A stretch of DNA of 64,000 bases from an uncultured Gemmatimonadales bacterium (GCA_963779755.1 CAVZZO010000003.1:1056001-1120000); one strand, 5' to 3'. Counted from the stretch's first letter, positions 1 to 10,973 are shown. Made by a program: numbers and translations. Notes: generated by a model from the sequence alone, not told the origin.

Positions 1-323
1 CACCGGCGCCCCCGGCCTCCACCCCTTGCCTGGGCGTGGCTCCCCAGCAACACTTGTGGCACCTCCGGGCCTCCTTCCGGTTTGGCGGGACCGCTCCGTC
101 GGCGCAAGTCCCTGGTGCTGTTGACGTTTCGGGATGCAGCGGTGGTACCATACCTGCTGGCCCGTTGCCGCGGCTCAAACGTAACCCGGTCAAGCCACTT
201 CAACGCGACTATGCCGGCGGGAGACCGTCCCGGCGGCCGTCCGGCGGGCAGGTATCGAACAGCCATGACATCATCTTGCCATGGTGTATCTCCTGCAACA
301 GCCTGTCATCCGGGGACCGATCC

Positions 324-2135
324 ATGCCGGTGGACCACGCCAGAAGCCTGAAGGAGGCCACCGCATCGCCGCACCCGCTGCTGCTGGCCCTCTGGCTGGC
401 GCTCAGCGCGGGTCTCCTGGAGGCGTGCGTCCGGCTGACCCAGCGACTGGTGTTTCACCGTGTCACGCTGGTGAGTCCCCATATCATCTGGATGGCGCCG
501 CTGGCGGATCTGGTCTGGCTGCTCGGCCCGATCCTGCTGCTCACACTCCTCATGGCCTGGATGCCGCGTCTGCGGGAACATCCCCTGGTGACAGCCGTGC
601 CGGTATTCGTGGCCGTGCTCAGTCTGATTCTGCTCGTCACCAGCATGCAGAAGGGGGTGGCGCTATTTCTGGCGGCGGCGCTGGCCATCCAGGCAAGCCG
701 GCTGATCCGGCGCCACCCGGAAGGGGCCCGAAGGATCATCCGGAAGACGCTCCCCTTTCTGCTCGTGTTGCCGGTCCTGGGCGGAGTCGGGCTCTGGGCC
801 GGCCGCAGTTGGCAGGAGCATCGCGCGCTGAGCCGGCTGGGGCCGGCGGCTCCTGGCGCCCCCAATGTGCTGCTCATCATCTGGGACACGGTGCGGGACC
901 AGAACGTGAGCCTGGCAGGCTACGAGCGGCCGACCACGCCGGAGCTGGCCCGGACCGCCGCAGCGGGCGCCCACTTCACGATGGCATTCGCTACCGCGCC
1001 GTGGACGCTGCCGTCGCACGCGAGCATGTTCACCGGCCAGCGGCCGCTGCTCACCGGCACGACCATGAAGGGGCCGCTCAACGACCGGTATCCCACCCTG
1101 GCCGGCGTGCTGGGCCGGCACGGATACCGCACGGGCGGATTCGTGGCGAATACCTACTACGCCACCCGGGAGCACGGGCTTGACCGCGGCTTCCAGCATT
1201 ACGAGGACTACCGCCTCACCTCCCTGGGCACCGCACTCATCGCGTCGCAGCTGGGCTCGGTGCTGCTGGACCAGGATTGGGTCCGGCGGCTGGTGGGCTA
1301 CTGGAACCTGCCCGGGCGGAAGACCGCCGCTCGGGTCAACCGCGATTTCCTGCGCTGGGCCGGCCGCGGCGAGCGGCCGTTCTTCGCATTCCTGAACTAC
1401 CTGGACGCGCACCAACCCTACCTGCCGCCGGCCCCGTGGCAGGAGAAAATGGGGGCTCTGCCGAACCCGGGATTTCACCCCCGGACGCGGCACGCCACGG
1501 TGAACCAGATGACGCCGGCGGAGATTGCCTGGTCCGAGCGGACATACGACGCCGCCATCGCGTACGAAGACCACGAAACGGCGCAGCTGCTGGAGGCGCT
1601 GCGCCGGCGCGGGCTGCTGGACGGCACCCTGGTGATCATCGCGTCCGATCATGGCGAGCATTTCGGCGAGCACGGCCGCATTGCCCACATGAACAGCATG
1701 TACCGACAGCTGCTGCAGGTTCCGCTGGTGATCCGCTACCCGGCCGCGGTACCCGCCGGCGTCACAGTCACCGCGCCGGTGAGCCTGGGCGACCTGCCCA
1801 GCACCATTCTGGATCTCGCCGTGATCCGGGATAGCGTCTTCCCCGGCCGCTCGCTGGCGCGTTTCTGGGGCCAGACGCCGGCCGACCCGGACTCGGTGAT
1901 CTTCTCCGAGATGGGCAACCCCTATCCGCCGCTCGCGATCTCCCTGGTGGCCGGCGGGTACCACTATGTGAAATGGTTCAATGCTCCGCCCGAGCTGTAC
2001 AACCTGGCGGCCGATCCGCAGGAGCAGGACAACCTGGCGGCGCAAGACAGCTCAGCGGTGCAGGCATTCGGGCCGATCGTCCGGCGGCTGGAGCAGCCGG
2101 CGCGGATCAGAGCGAACGGAGCGGCTGCCCCCTGA
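324..2135 (+). CDS. Membrane-anchored sulfatase-fold (alkaline phosphatase superfamily) protein, Thr-type, copy 1
   Basis: About 5 N-terminal hydrophobic segments, then PNVLLIIWDTVR, TAPWTLPSHASMFTG, NYLDAHQPY, SDHGEHFGEH, ELYNLAADPQE. Start placed at ATG 324 (MPVDH) by comparison with paralogs; ORF track begins at 36. Confidence 0.85.
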   Translation: MPVDHARSLKEATASPHPLLLALWLALSAGLLEACVRLTQRLVFHRVTLVSPHIIWMAPLADLVWLLGPILLLTLLMAWMPRLREHPLVTAVPVFVAVLSLILLVTSMQKGVALFLAAALAIQASRLIRRHPEGARRIIRKTLPFLLVLPVLGGVGLWAGRSWQEHRALSRLGPAAPGAPNVLLIIWDTVRDQNVSLAGYERPTTPELARTAAAGAHFTMAFATAPWTLPSHASMFTGQRPLLTGTTMKGPLNDRYPTLAGVLGRHGYRTGGFVANTYYATREHGLDRGFQHYEDYRLTSLGTALIASQLGSVLLDQDWVRRLVGYWNLPGRKTAARVNRDFLRWAGRGERPFFAFLNYLDAHQPYLPPAPWQEKMGALPNPGFHPRTRHATVNQMTPAEIAWSERTYDAAIAYEDHETAQLLEALRRRGLLDGTLVIIASDHGEHFGEHGRIAHMNSMYRQLLQVPLVIRYPAAVPAGVTVTAPVSLGDLPSTILDLAVIRDSVFPGRSLARFWGQTPADPDSVIFSEMGNPYPPLAISLVAGGYHYVKWFNAPPELYNLAADPQEQDNLAAQDSSAVQAFGPIVRRLEQPARIRANGAAAP

Positions 2136-2562
2136 ATTCCACCAGGGGCCCGGCCGGGACGCCGAGCCGGGGGGGCCCGATGGGCGAGCTGGATCACGGC
2201 GGGATGCCTGACGGCACTGCCATCATGGCCGCTCCGGCATCGTCCGGCGCCGATTCCGGAGCCGGGAGGCCAGGCCGATAGTTCCTGGCCGGCGGGTCGC
2301 TGGCACGATTCTGGATAGGGAACGGGACCGCCCGGGCGGCCGGGGGGGTCTTCGGACCTGGTGGCAGGGCGCAATCTCGGAAATCTGCCCGTCAAATTGC
2401 CCGGGTTATCATTACGTCACGTCGGGGGCCCCGGCAGGATCGGACGCCCAGGCTGTACGCCCCGACCGACAGCATGGAGACCACCGGCCAGGTTGCGGCC
2501 GGTGCGGACCGGTTCTACCGGTTCGCGGCCCGGACGATTCGCTCATGATCAGGGAGTGGGGA

Positions 2563-4423
2563 GTGACGCATATCGATGTGGCAGCCAGCGCCGAGGCCGC
2601 AGCCGCGGCGGAGACCGGCCCCGACGACCGCAAGGAACGCATGCACATCGTGATCGGCGGCCACGTGGATCACGGCAAGAGCACCATCATCGGCCGCCTC
2701 CTGGCCGACACCAACAGCCTGCCGGAGGGCAAGCTGGACCAGGTGCGGGCCTCCTGCGAGCGAAACGCCAAGCCGTTCGAATACGCCTTCCTGCTCGATG
2801 CCCTGAAGGACGAGCAGGCTCAGGGCATCACCATCGATGCGGCGCGGGTCTTCTTCAAGACCGGCAAGCGCGACTACATCATTCTGGACGCGCCGGGGCA
2901 TATCGAGTTTCTCAAGAACATGGTCACCGGCGCCTCGCGGGCGGAGGCGGCCCTTCTCGTCATCGACGCCAAGGAGGGCGTCCAGGAGAACTCCCGCCGC
3001 CACGGCTACATGATGTCCATGCTGGGCATTTCCCAGATGGCCGTGCTGGTGAACAAGATGGACCTGGTGGACTACTCCCGCGACGTGTTCGACCAGATCT
3101 CGCGCGAGTACCGCGCGCTTCCTGGAACAACTCGGCATGGAGCCTGCCGCCATCATACCCGTGAGCGGCCGGCACGGCGAGAACATCGCGTCGCAGGCCG
3201 AGGCGATGGGATGGTATCAGGGGCCCACCGTCCTGGACCTCCTGGATCGCTTCACCACCGAGCCCGCTCCGGTCGAGGCGCCATTCCGCATGCCGGTGCA
3301 GGGCGTGTACAAGTTCACCGCCCAGGGCGACGACCGGCGGATCATCGCCGGGACCGTCGAGACCGGCCGCATCGCGGCGGGGGACGAGGTGGTGTTCTTC
3401 CCCTCCGGCAAGAAGAGCCGGGTCCAGAGCATCGAAGCCTTCAACCGGCCCCCTCAGACCCGGGCGGAAGCCGGTATGGCCACGGGGTTCACTCTGGCCG
3501 AGCAGATCTATGTGAGCCGGGGAGAGATCGCGGCCCTGGCCGCACAGGCACGGCCGCGAGTGACCACCCGGCTGCGGGTGAATCTCTTCTGGCTGGGCAA
3601 GCGGCCGCTCAGCAAGCAGCGGGAGTACGCGCTGAAGCTGGGAACCGCCCGGGTCAGCATGCGGCTGGAGGAGGTGCACCGGGTGATCGACGCATCCACC
3701 CTGGATGCGCAGGAGCAGAAGCAGCAGATCGACCGGCACGATGTGGCCGACTGCACTCTGAAGCTCAACCGGGCTATCGCCTTCGACCTGGCCGACGAGA
3801 TCGCCGCCACCAGCCGCTTCGTGGTGGTGGACGATTTCGAGATCCGCGGCGGCGGGATCGTGCGCGAGGCGCTGCCCGACCGGCAGACCTGGGTGCGCGA
3901 CAAGGTCCTGCTGCGGAATCTCAAGTGGGAGCCCAGCAATATCCAGGGCGAACGGCGGGCCGAGAAATACAACCAGCGCGCTGCCCTCCTCCTCGTCACC
4001 GGCGATGTCGAAACCGACCGGAAGGCGCTGGCCAAGGGCCTGGAGTCCCGCCTCTTCGAGGACGGCAAGGTGGTCTACTACCTCGGCATCGGCAACGTGC
4101 TCTATGGCGTGGACGCCGACATCGAGCGCAGCCACGAAAACCGCCTGGAACACCTGCGGCGCCTGGCCGAAGTGGCCAACATCCTGCTGGATGCCGGGGT
4201 AATCCTGGTGGTCACCGCCTCGGAGCTGACGCAGGAGGATATCGAGCTCATCAAGACCACCGTAGACCCGGATCGGATCGAGACCATCTGGGTCGGTGAG
4301 CGGGTCACCACCGACCTCTCGCCCGACGTCGTCCTGACCGACAGCGCGGAGCAGGAGGGCGACCGGGTGGAGCGGATCAAGCGGCTGCTGCAGGAGAAGG
4401 GCGTGATCTACCGGCCATGGTGA
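2563..4423 (+). CDS. cysN: Sulfate adenylyltransferase large subunit CysN with degenerate C-terminal APS-kinase-like domain; +1 frameshift near 3117
   Basis: [23 protein letters not shown] and NKMD GTPase motifs in ORF 2545; the protein continues in ORF 3137..4423 ([22 protein letters not shown]). Removing one base at about 3117 gives ...[13 protein letters not shown]... Confidence 0.88.
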
Positions 4424-5202
4424 GCGGCGAGATGGCGGCCCCGGCCCTGACGCCCGCGACCCTGGAGCAGCTGGTCGGCCTGGCGCATCGCGCCGGCGAA
4501 GCCATCATGGCGCACTATCACGAGGGGACCACGGCGGAACAGAAAGCCGACCGGAGCCCCATCACCGCCGCCGACCGCGACGCGCACCGGGTCATCGTGG
4601 GCGCACTGGAAGCCTGGTACCCCGGCGTCCCGGTGGTGTCGGAAGAAGGCAACATCCCGGGGCCCGGGGAGCGGGCCGGCTGGAACCGCTTCTGGCTGGT
4701 GGACCCGCTGGACGGCACCAAGGAGTTCCTGCACCGGAACGGCGAGTTCACCGTGAACATCGCGCTCATCGAGCAGGGCGAACCGGTGCTGGGCGTGGTC
4801 CATGCGCCCGCCATCGGCCGGACCTGGTACGCCGCCCGGGGGCTCGGCGCCTGGCGCCAGGAGGGCGGCAGCGCGCCGGTGCGGATCGAATCGCGCCCGC
4901 CCGAGCCCGGCCGGCCGCTCACCGTGGTGGAGAGCCGCTCGCATCCCTCGGCGGCACTGGAGGAATACCTTGCTACCCTCAACGTGGGGCGGCGGGTGCA
5001 GGCGGGCAGCTCGCTCAAGTTCTGCTGGGTGGCCGAGGGCCGGGCCGACATCTATCCCCGTCTGGGGCCCACCATGGAGTGGGATGTGGCGGCGGGCGAT
5101 TGCGTATTTCGCAACAGCGGCGAGGATGAGCCGCGACGCTCCCCGCTGCGGTATAACGCACCGGAGCTCAGGAACAACGGGTTTGTGATCGGGTTGGAAT
5201 AG
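4417..5202 (+). CDS. cysQ: 3'(2'),5'-bisphosphate nucleotidase (PAP phosphatase)
   Basis: KADRSPITAAD, VSEE, WLVDPLDGTKEF, GSSLKFCWVAEG, PTMEWDVAAG. Confidence 0.93.
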   Translation: MVSGEMAAPALTPATLEQLVGLAHRAGEAIMAHYHEGTTAEQKADRSPITAADRDAHRVIVGALEAWYPGVPVVSEEGNIPGPGERAGWNRFWLVDPLDGTKEFLHRNGEFTVNIALIEQGEPVLGVVHAPAIGRTWYAARGLGAWRQEGGSAPVRIESRPPEPGRPLTVVESRSHPSAALEEYLATLNVGRRVQAGSSLKFCWVAEGRADIYPRLGPTMEWDVAAGDCVFRNSGEDEPRRSPLRYNAPELRNNGFVIGLE

Positions 5203-5206
5203 AGAA

Positions 5207-7008
5207 ATGATGACTCACGAGAGCCACCGCAGATCAATCGGGCTGTTCCTGGGTCCAGTCCGTGCTGCGCTCTGGGTTGGTGCGGCAAGTGGCCTCGTTC
5301 AGGTGGCGGTCGAGCAGTTCGCCTGGCATTTTACCAGCGAAATCCGGAGCCTCGGCCCCAACATGATATGGATGGTTCCACTGGCCGTAATGCTGGCCTG
5401 CCTGGTGCCCGGGCTCGTGCTCGGACTCATTGCGCTCGCTCGCGGCAGGCCGTTGCCTGACGCGATGCTATACGGCCCGGTGCTCTTCCTGGGTGCGCTG
5501 AATCTGATCCTGTTCATTCCGGGCACGATTATTCTGTCGGATTATCTGATTGCCGCAGGGCTGGCGGTGATCGTCCTGCGGCTGGAGAGGCGCTACCATT
5601 GGCTGGACTGGCTCGTCCGCCGGACCGCGCTTCCCCTCCTGATGCTGCTGGCGGGGCTCACTGTGCTCGCGTTCGCAGGCGAGGCCATGCGGGAGCGCGC
5701 TGCTATTGCGAAGCTGCCTCCGGTACCCACCGGCAAGAACATACTGCTCCTGGTGCTGGATACTGTGCGAGGCATGGACACCGGCCTCGACGGTTTCGAC
5801 CGGCCGACCACTCCCGAGCTGGTGCGCTGGTCGGCGCGGGGAATCACCTTCTCCCACGCAATCGCACCCTCCTCGTGGACGCTGCCCAGCCATTCCACCA
5901 TGTTCACCGGCTATTGGCCTCAAGAGCTGGGAACTGACTGGAAGGTCCCTCTGAAGAGCAACGCCTACACCTTGGCAGAGTTCTTCGACAGCCTGGGCTA
6001 CGCCACCGCCGGGTTTGCAGCCAATCCCAGCTATGGAAGCCGCTATTACGGACTTGCCCAGGGGTTCCAGCATTATGAGGACTACCCGCTGTCGTTTGAG
6101 GAAGTCCTCACGAACGGCAAGCTCACGAGAGATTTCCTCAACCACCCCTGGGTTCGCCGCGTCTGGGGGTTTGACGATTACCTGGGACAGAAACAGGCGC
6201 CGGATGTGACCGGTCGGTTTCTTGAGTGGCTACCCCACAGGGGTGGCAGGCCGTTCTTCGCCTTCCTGAACCTGTTCGACGCCCACGAGCCGTACCTGCC
6301 GCCGGCCGGCTATGACAGCTTGTTCGCATCGAACACGGTCCGCCGGAATGATCTACTGGAGCACTTCCTTCATCAGGCTGAACGTCGGGAGAAGGAACAG
6401 ATGACGCCAGCCCAGGCGGAGCGCGAGCGTGAGGCGTACGATGCCGGTATCCGCTACATGGACACCTGGGTCGGGCGGATGTTGGACAGCCTGTATCGGC
6501 TGCACCTGCTCGACAGCACCATCGTCATCATTACGGCGGATCATGGAGAGCAGTTCGGTGAACACGGTAAGTTCGTACACGGTACTCGTTATACAGGCAG
6601 GTACTCGAAGTGCCCCTGCTCATCCTCGCCCCCGGCGAGCCCGGCAGGGGGACTCGTGTGGACCGGGTCGTGAGCCTGCGCGATCTCCCGGCCACTATTC
6701 TCGATCTGCTGGGCCGGCCCGATCACGCATTTCCAGGCACGACCTTGGCGGGCTGCTGGCGTGGCCCTGCCTGCGCAGCCAGCCCGGCGCTTTCCGAACT
6801 GCGTCTGGCCGCCGGCGGATGGGGAGCGTCTCTCTTCACAGATTCCTCTCACGCCATTATCTGGCACAATAACACCCACTTCTTTCTCTGGAAATCAGAC
6901 CCCGCGGAGAACGATGATCTGGCGAAGGCTCGGGGAGTACAGAACGTGGTCGCCTCCATCCGGGCGGCTCAACGCTCGAGTCAGAGGGCTGCGCTCTCCG
7001 ATGAATAA
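5207..7008 (+). CDS. Membrane-anchored sulfatase-fold protein, Thr-type, copy 2; -1 frameshift near 6584
   Basis: NILLLVLDTVR, SSWTLPSHSTMFTG, DAHEPY, ADHGEQFGEH. Adding one A at about 6584 restores HGNSLYRQVLEVPLLI, matching copy 3, and continues into ORF 6610..7008. Confidence 0.82.
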
Positions 7009-7381
7009 CCCCCGGAGCATGGTGGTCCCGGCCAAGCCCGACGCCACAGAAAGCGCAGCCGTCCTCTGGTTCACCGGCCTCTCGGGGGCCGGGAAGAGCA
7101 CCATCGCGAAGCGGGTGGCGGCCCGGTTGCGCCAGGCAGGCCACCGGGTGGAGGAACTGGATGGCGACGTCATCCGCGATATCTTCCCGGCGACGGGATT
7201 TACCCGCCCGGAGCGCGACCAGCACATCCGCCGGGTGGGCTGGCTGGAGCATCACTTGAGCGAGGGGCCGATGACCGAGGCGGCGAGTACCTCCCCTATG
7301 GGCCCGTATGGATCTGGATCTCTCCGAGACAGCCTTCCATCGGACCTCATCGCCATGCTGGCGCCGAGAGTTGACATATGA
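7001..7381 (+). pseudogene. cysC: Truncated adenylyl-sulfate kinase (5' part of cysC)
   Basis: VLWFTGLSGAGKSTIA...RDQHIRRVGWL is identical in protein to the gene at 9252. A 12-nt deletion follows, then unrelated sequence; the C-terminal half is missing. Confidence 0.8.
7058..7247 (+). repeat. 190-nt direct repeat, copy A (copy B at 9309..9498)
   Basis: Manual alignment shows 3 mismatches, all at synonymous positions. Confidence 0.9.
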
Positions 7382-9255
7382 GGGCTGGGTCCACGGGATC
7401 CCCCGGAATCCTCGAGTGGTATGAGCCGCTCATCCTGGCCGTCTGGATCGGTCTGGTGACGGGTCTCATTCAGGCCCTTGGGGTGCTGTTCCATCAGCGC
7501 GTGCTGGGTGATCTGATAACGCTGGGCCCCATGATGTGGTGGATGACTCCGCTGACGTTGGCGCTTCTGCTCGTCCCGGTAGCTGCAGTGGCCACCATTC
7601 TTGGCCGGTGGTGGCCGGGTATCTTCCGGTCTCGTTCCGTCCTTCTGGCCCTGTTGCTCACACCGGGCATCTTCAACGGCCTGCCTTTCTTCATCCCTAC
7701 AATGGGTTCGGGGGCGAGACTACTGTTTGCCGTTGGCATCGCGCTCGTCATCACCCGGATAGCAGAGCGGTTTCCTGTATCATCCCGGAGAATCATTGCT
7801 AGGACTCTTCTGCCGGTCGTTGGTGCCGTCACCCTGGCATTCCTGGCGACTCAACTGGCTCAACCAATCTGGGAACGATGGAAAATCCATACCTTAGCCA
7901 GGGCACCAAGCCACGCTCCTAACATCCTGCTACTTGTCCTTGATACTGTCCGGGGCGCGAACCTGAGCGTCAATGGTTATGGGCAGCCAACGACCCCATT
8001 CCTTGAGCGATACGCGAAGGGTGGCGTTCGATTTGCGAATGCGATCTCCACAGCCCCATGGACCCTCCCCTCGCATGCCAGCATGTTCACGGGCCACTGG
8101 CCTGACGAGCTCTCCGCCGACTGGGAAAGAGCTCTCGACGGATCTGCTCCGACGTTAGCGGAGGTTCTCAGCGCCCACGGGTACGTCACTGCCGGCTTCG
8201 TAGCCAACCTTGCGTATGTGAGCCGTGTCCACGGATTAAGCAGGGGCTTCGTTCACTATGAGGATTTCCGGGCTACTGCACCCGATTTCCTGGTCAGTGC
8301 CAAGCTGCCCCGGGATGTGGCGAACCTAGGGCGCGTTCGTAGGCTGGTGAGTTACTATGCGATTCTCGGGGAAAAGAAGGCCCCCGGGGTGGTCAACGAG
8401 GTTCTGCGCTGGCTCTCAGCGAGGAAGGCACACAGGCCCTGGTTCGTGTTCGCGAACTTCATCGACGCACACGAGCCCTGCATTCCTCCGGAATCTCTGG
8501 AGGAACGGCTAGGTAGCCCCGAGGTTCTGAAGGTGCGCCGGAAGCTGGGGCATTTGACTCACCTGCTATACCATGCGCTGTTGGAGAATAAGGCATCAGT
8601 TCTTTCGCCGGCTGGTGTAGAGCGGGAGCGCCTTGCCTATGATGCATGCCTCGCGTACCTGGACCAGAACCTGCAGCGTCTCCTTGATAGCCTCGCCACG
8701 CTTCGGCTGGACTCAAACACCGTCGTGATGATCGTCGCTGACCATGGCGAACAGTTTGGAGAACATGGACATTTTGTTCACGGGAATTCCCTGTATCGGC
8801 AGCTGATTCAGGTCCCCTTCCTCCTAGTCGCGCCGGGTCGTGTGCCGACGGGCGTGGTTGTCACAGATCCGGTTTCGTTACGGGATCTTCCTGCGACCAT
8901 CCTCGACCTGGCCGGCATCAACCAGGGGCCTATTCCGGGTAGCTCGCTTTCAGGATGTTGGACAGCTGATGGCTGTTCCGGCAGTCAGGTGATTTCAGAA
9001 CTCGTACTACCTGAAGGCCAACGCTCTTACTCGATAATCGAGGGCGGGCTACACTACATCAATTGGCGTGACCAGAAGAACTCCGGAGAACTCCTGTATG
9101 CCTGGCCTGATTCTGAGGAGACTCAGGACCTTGCTAAAGAGCCCGGATGGCAAAGTGCTGTAAGTAGGTTCCGCGCGGACTCGACAGATGCGGGAAACAG
9201 CCTTGCAGTCTGGCAATCCCGAGGCTCGCTACCATCAGAGTCCTTGGAGAGATGA
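7378..9255 (+). CDS. Membrane-anchored sulfatase-fold protein, Thr-type, copy 3
   Basis: N-terminal TM segments, PNILLLVLDTVR, TAPWTLPSHASMFTG, ADHGEQFGEHGHFVHGNSLY. Visibly more A/T-ending codons than the flanking genes. Confidence 0.87.
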   Translation: MRAGSTGSPGILEWYEPLILAVWIGLVTGLIQALGVLFHQRVLGDLITLGPMMWWMTPLTLALLLVPVAAVATILGRWWPGIFRSRSVLLALLLTPGIFNGLPFFIPTMGSGARLLFAVGIALVITRIAERFPVSSRRIIARTLLPVVGAVTLAFLATQLAQPIWERWKIHTLARAPSHAPNILLLVLDTVRGANLSVNGYGQPTTPFLERYAKGGVRFANAISTAPWTLPSHASMFTGHWPDELSADWERALDGSAPTLAEVLSAHGYVTAGFVANLAYVSRVHGLSRGFVHYEDFRATAPDFLVSAKLPRDVANLGRVRRLVSYYAILGEKKAPGVVNEVLRWLSARKAHRPWFVFANFIDAHEPCIPPESLEERLGSPEVLKVRRKLGHLTHLLYHALLENKASVLSPAGVERERLAYDACLAYLDQNLQRLLDSLATLRLDSNTVVMIVADHGEQFGEHGHFVHGNSLYRQLIQVPFLLVAPGRVPTGVVVTDPVSLRDLPATILDLAGINQGPIPGSSLSGCWTADGCSGSQVISELVLPEGQRSYSIIEGGLHYINWRDQKNSGELLYAWPDSEETQDLAKEPGWQSAVSRFRADSTDAGNSLAVWQSRGSLPSESLER

Positions 9256-9809
9256 GCACACTACACCATCCAGATTCCTTCATGACGGCTGATACGGCGC
9301 GACAGCCGGCCGTCCTCTGGTTCACCGGCCTCTCGGGGGCCGGGAAGAGCACCATCGCGAAGCGGGTGGCGGCCCGTTTGCGCCAGGCAGGCCACCGGGT
9401 GGAGGAGCTGGATGGCGACGTCATCCGCGACATCTTCCCGGCGACGGGATTTACCCGCCCGGAGCGCGACCAGCACATCCGCCGGGTGGGCTGGCTGGCG
9501 AGCCGGCTGGAGCACCACGGGGTGTTCGTCATCGCCTCGCTGGTGTCGCCCTACCAGGACTCGCGCCAGTTCGTGCGCGGCCTGTGCCGCCGGTTTCTGG
9601 AAATCTACGTCTCGACTTCGTTCGCCGAGTGCGAACGGCGCGACGTCAAGGGACTGTACGCCCGCGCCCGGCGGGGGGAAATCAGCCACTTTACCGGGCT
9701 GGACGATCCGTACGAGCCCCCGTCCGCGCCGGAGCTGGCGCTGGATACGGCGGGGATCACGGTGGAGCAGGCGGTGGAGAAGGTGATGGCACTGGTCGCT
9801 AGCTGCTAG
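9252..9809 (+). CDS. cysC: Adenylyl-sulfate kinase
   Basis: WFTGLSGAGKST, LDGD, CERRDVKGLY, FTGLDDPYEPP; ATGA overlap with the upstream stop. Confidence 0.95.
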   Translation: MSTLHHPDSFMTADTARQPAVLWFTGLSGAGKSTIAKRVAARLRQAGHRVEELDGDVIRDIFPATGFTRPERDQHIRRVGWLASRLEHHGVFVIASLVSPYQDSRQFVRGLCRRFLEIYVSTSFAECERRDVKGLYARARRGEISHFTGLDDPYEPPSAPELALDTAGITVEQAVEKVMALVASC

Positions 9810-9870
9810 TCACCAGTCACCAGCTGCGATGGCCTTGACGACCAGCGAACTCACTACTCACGACCGCAAG

Positions 9871-9924
9871 CGACTAGCGACTAACGACTAACGACTAACG
9901 ACCAACGACCAACGACCAACGACT
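9871..9924 (+). repeat. Heptamer tandem repeat (CGACYAA)x7+ just before cysD
   Basis: cgactag, cgactaa x3, cgaccaa x3, cgact. Confidence 0.9.
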
Positions 9925-9927
9925 CTC

Positions 9928-10809
9928 ATGGACCATCTCGACCAACTCGAATACCGCAGCGTACACATCTTCCGGGAAGCGTACGCCAACTTCAAGAACC
10001 TGTGCATGCTCTGGTCCATCGGGAAGGACAGCACGGTGCTGCTGTGGCTGGCGCGGAAGGCGTTCTTCGGGCACGCACCCTTCCCGCTGGTGCACATCGA
10101 TACGTCCTTCAAGATCCCGGAGATGATCCGCTACCGCGACCGGCTGGCCGCGGAGTGGAATCTCAACCTGATCTACGGGCAGAACCAGGTGGCGCTGGCG
10201 GAGAAACGCACCTTCCCGGACGGGGCGGTAGACCGGATCACCTGCTGCAGCCTGCTCAAGACCGAGGCGCTGAAGCACACGCTGAGCGGCGAATGGCCCC
10301 GCTTCCGCTTCAATCACGCGAAGAAGACCTACGAGCAGGACACCAATACCGAGCCCTTCACCGGGGTGATCGTGGGCGCGCGCGCGGACGAGGAAGGCAG
10401 TCGCTCCAAGGAGCGCTATTTCTCGCCCCGCAGCAACCAGAACCTGTGGGACGTGGGCGACCAACCGCCCGAATTCTGGAACCAGTACAAGACCGAGTTT
10501 GCGCCCGGAACCCACGTGCGGATCCACCCGCTGCTGGACTGGACCGAGCTCAACATCTGGGAGTACATCGAGCGGGAGAAGATCCCTACGGTATCGCTCT
10601 ACTACGACCAGGGCGAGGGCAAGCGCTACCGCTCGCTGGGCTGCTATCCCTGTACCCTGGCGGTGGAGTCCGACGCGAAGAACGTGGAAGAGATCATCGT
10701 CGAGCTCAAGAGCGGCAAGTTCGCCAACATCGCCGAACGCTCCGGCCGCGCCCAGGACAAGGACGACGGCGGCGGGCTGGAGACGCTGCGGAAGGACGGG
10801 TACATGTAG
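9928..10809 (+). CDS. cysD: Sulfate adenylyltransferase small subunit
   Basis: [10 protein letters not shown]-loop, [52 protein letters not shown] end. Confidence 0.95.
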   Translation: MDHLDQLEYRSVHIFREAYANFKNLCMLWSIGKDSTVLLWLARKAFFGHAPFPLVHIDTSFKIPEMIRYRDRLAAEWNLNLIYGQNQVALAEKRTFPDGAVDRITCCSLLKTEALKHTLSGEWPRFRFNHAKKTYEQDTNTEPFTGVIVGARADEEGSRSKERYFSPRSNQNLWDVGDQPPEFWNQYKTEFAPGTHVRIHPLLDWTELNIWEYIEREKIPTVSLYYDQGEGKRYRSLGCYPCTLAVESDAKNVEEIIVELKSGKFANIAERSGRAQDKDDGGGLETLRKDGYM

Positions 10810-10818
10810 GAAGGATCA

Positions 10819-10874
10819 GGATTCAGGAATCAGGAATCGGGAATCAGGAATCGGGAATCGGGAATCGGGAATAC
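10819..10874 (+). repeat. Heptamer tandem repeat (GGAATCR)x8
   Basis: Read directly after the cysD stop; the same unit occurs at 56634..56682. Confidence 0.9.
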
Positions 10875-10973
10875 AGGGCTCCACCCTTCCCGATCCTGCA
10901 GCGGTACATTCCTGCCGTCCTGCGACCGAGCGGCCTCCAATAGAAAGCCGCGAGGAAGTCCTTCAGGGCCGTG

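Noticed and set aside
36..323. N-terminal extension of the first ORF
   Set aside because: No counterpart in the three paralogs; ATG 324 gives a matching architecture.
3105..3140. Programmed frameshift in cysN
   Set aside because: No slippery sequence, and similar indels elsewhere point to sequence error.
324..9255. Classical formylglycine arylsulfatases
   Set aside because: The C/S-x-P-x-R motif is absent (TLPSH instead) and no maturation enzyme is present.
7058..9498. IS or composite transposon
   Set aside because: The repeats are cysC coding sequence; no transposase or terminal inverted repeats.
2563..10809. Cysteine-biosynthesis sulfate assimilation operon
   Set aside because: No cysH, sulfite reductase or cysK; the context is glycan modification.
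9871..10874. CRISPR arrays
   Set aside because: Contiguous 7-nt units without spacers; no cas genes.
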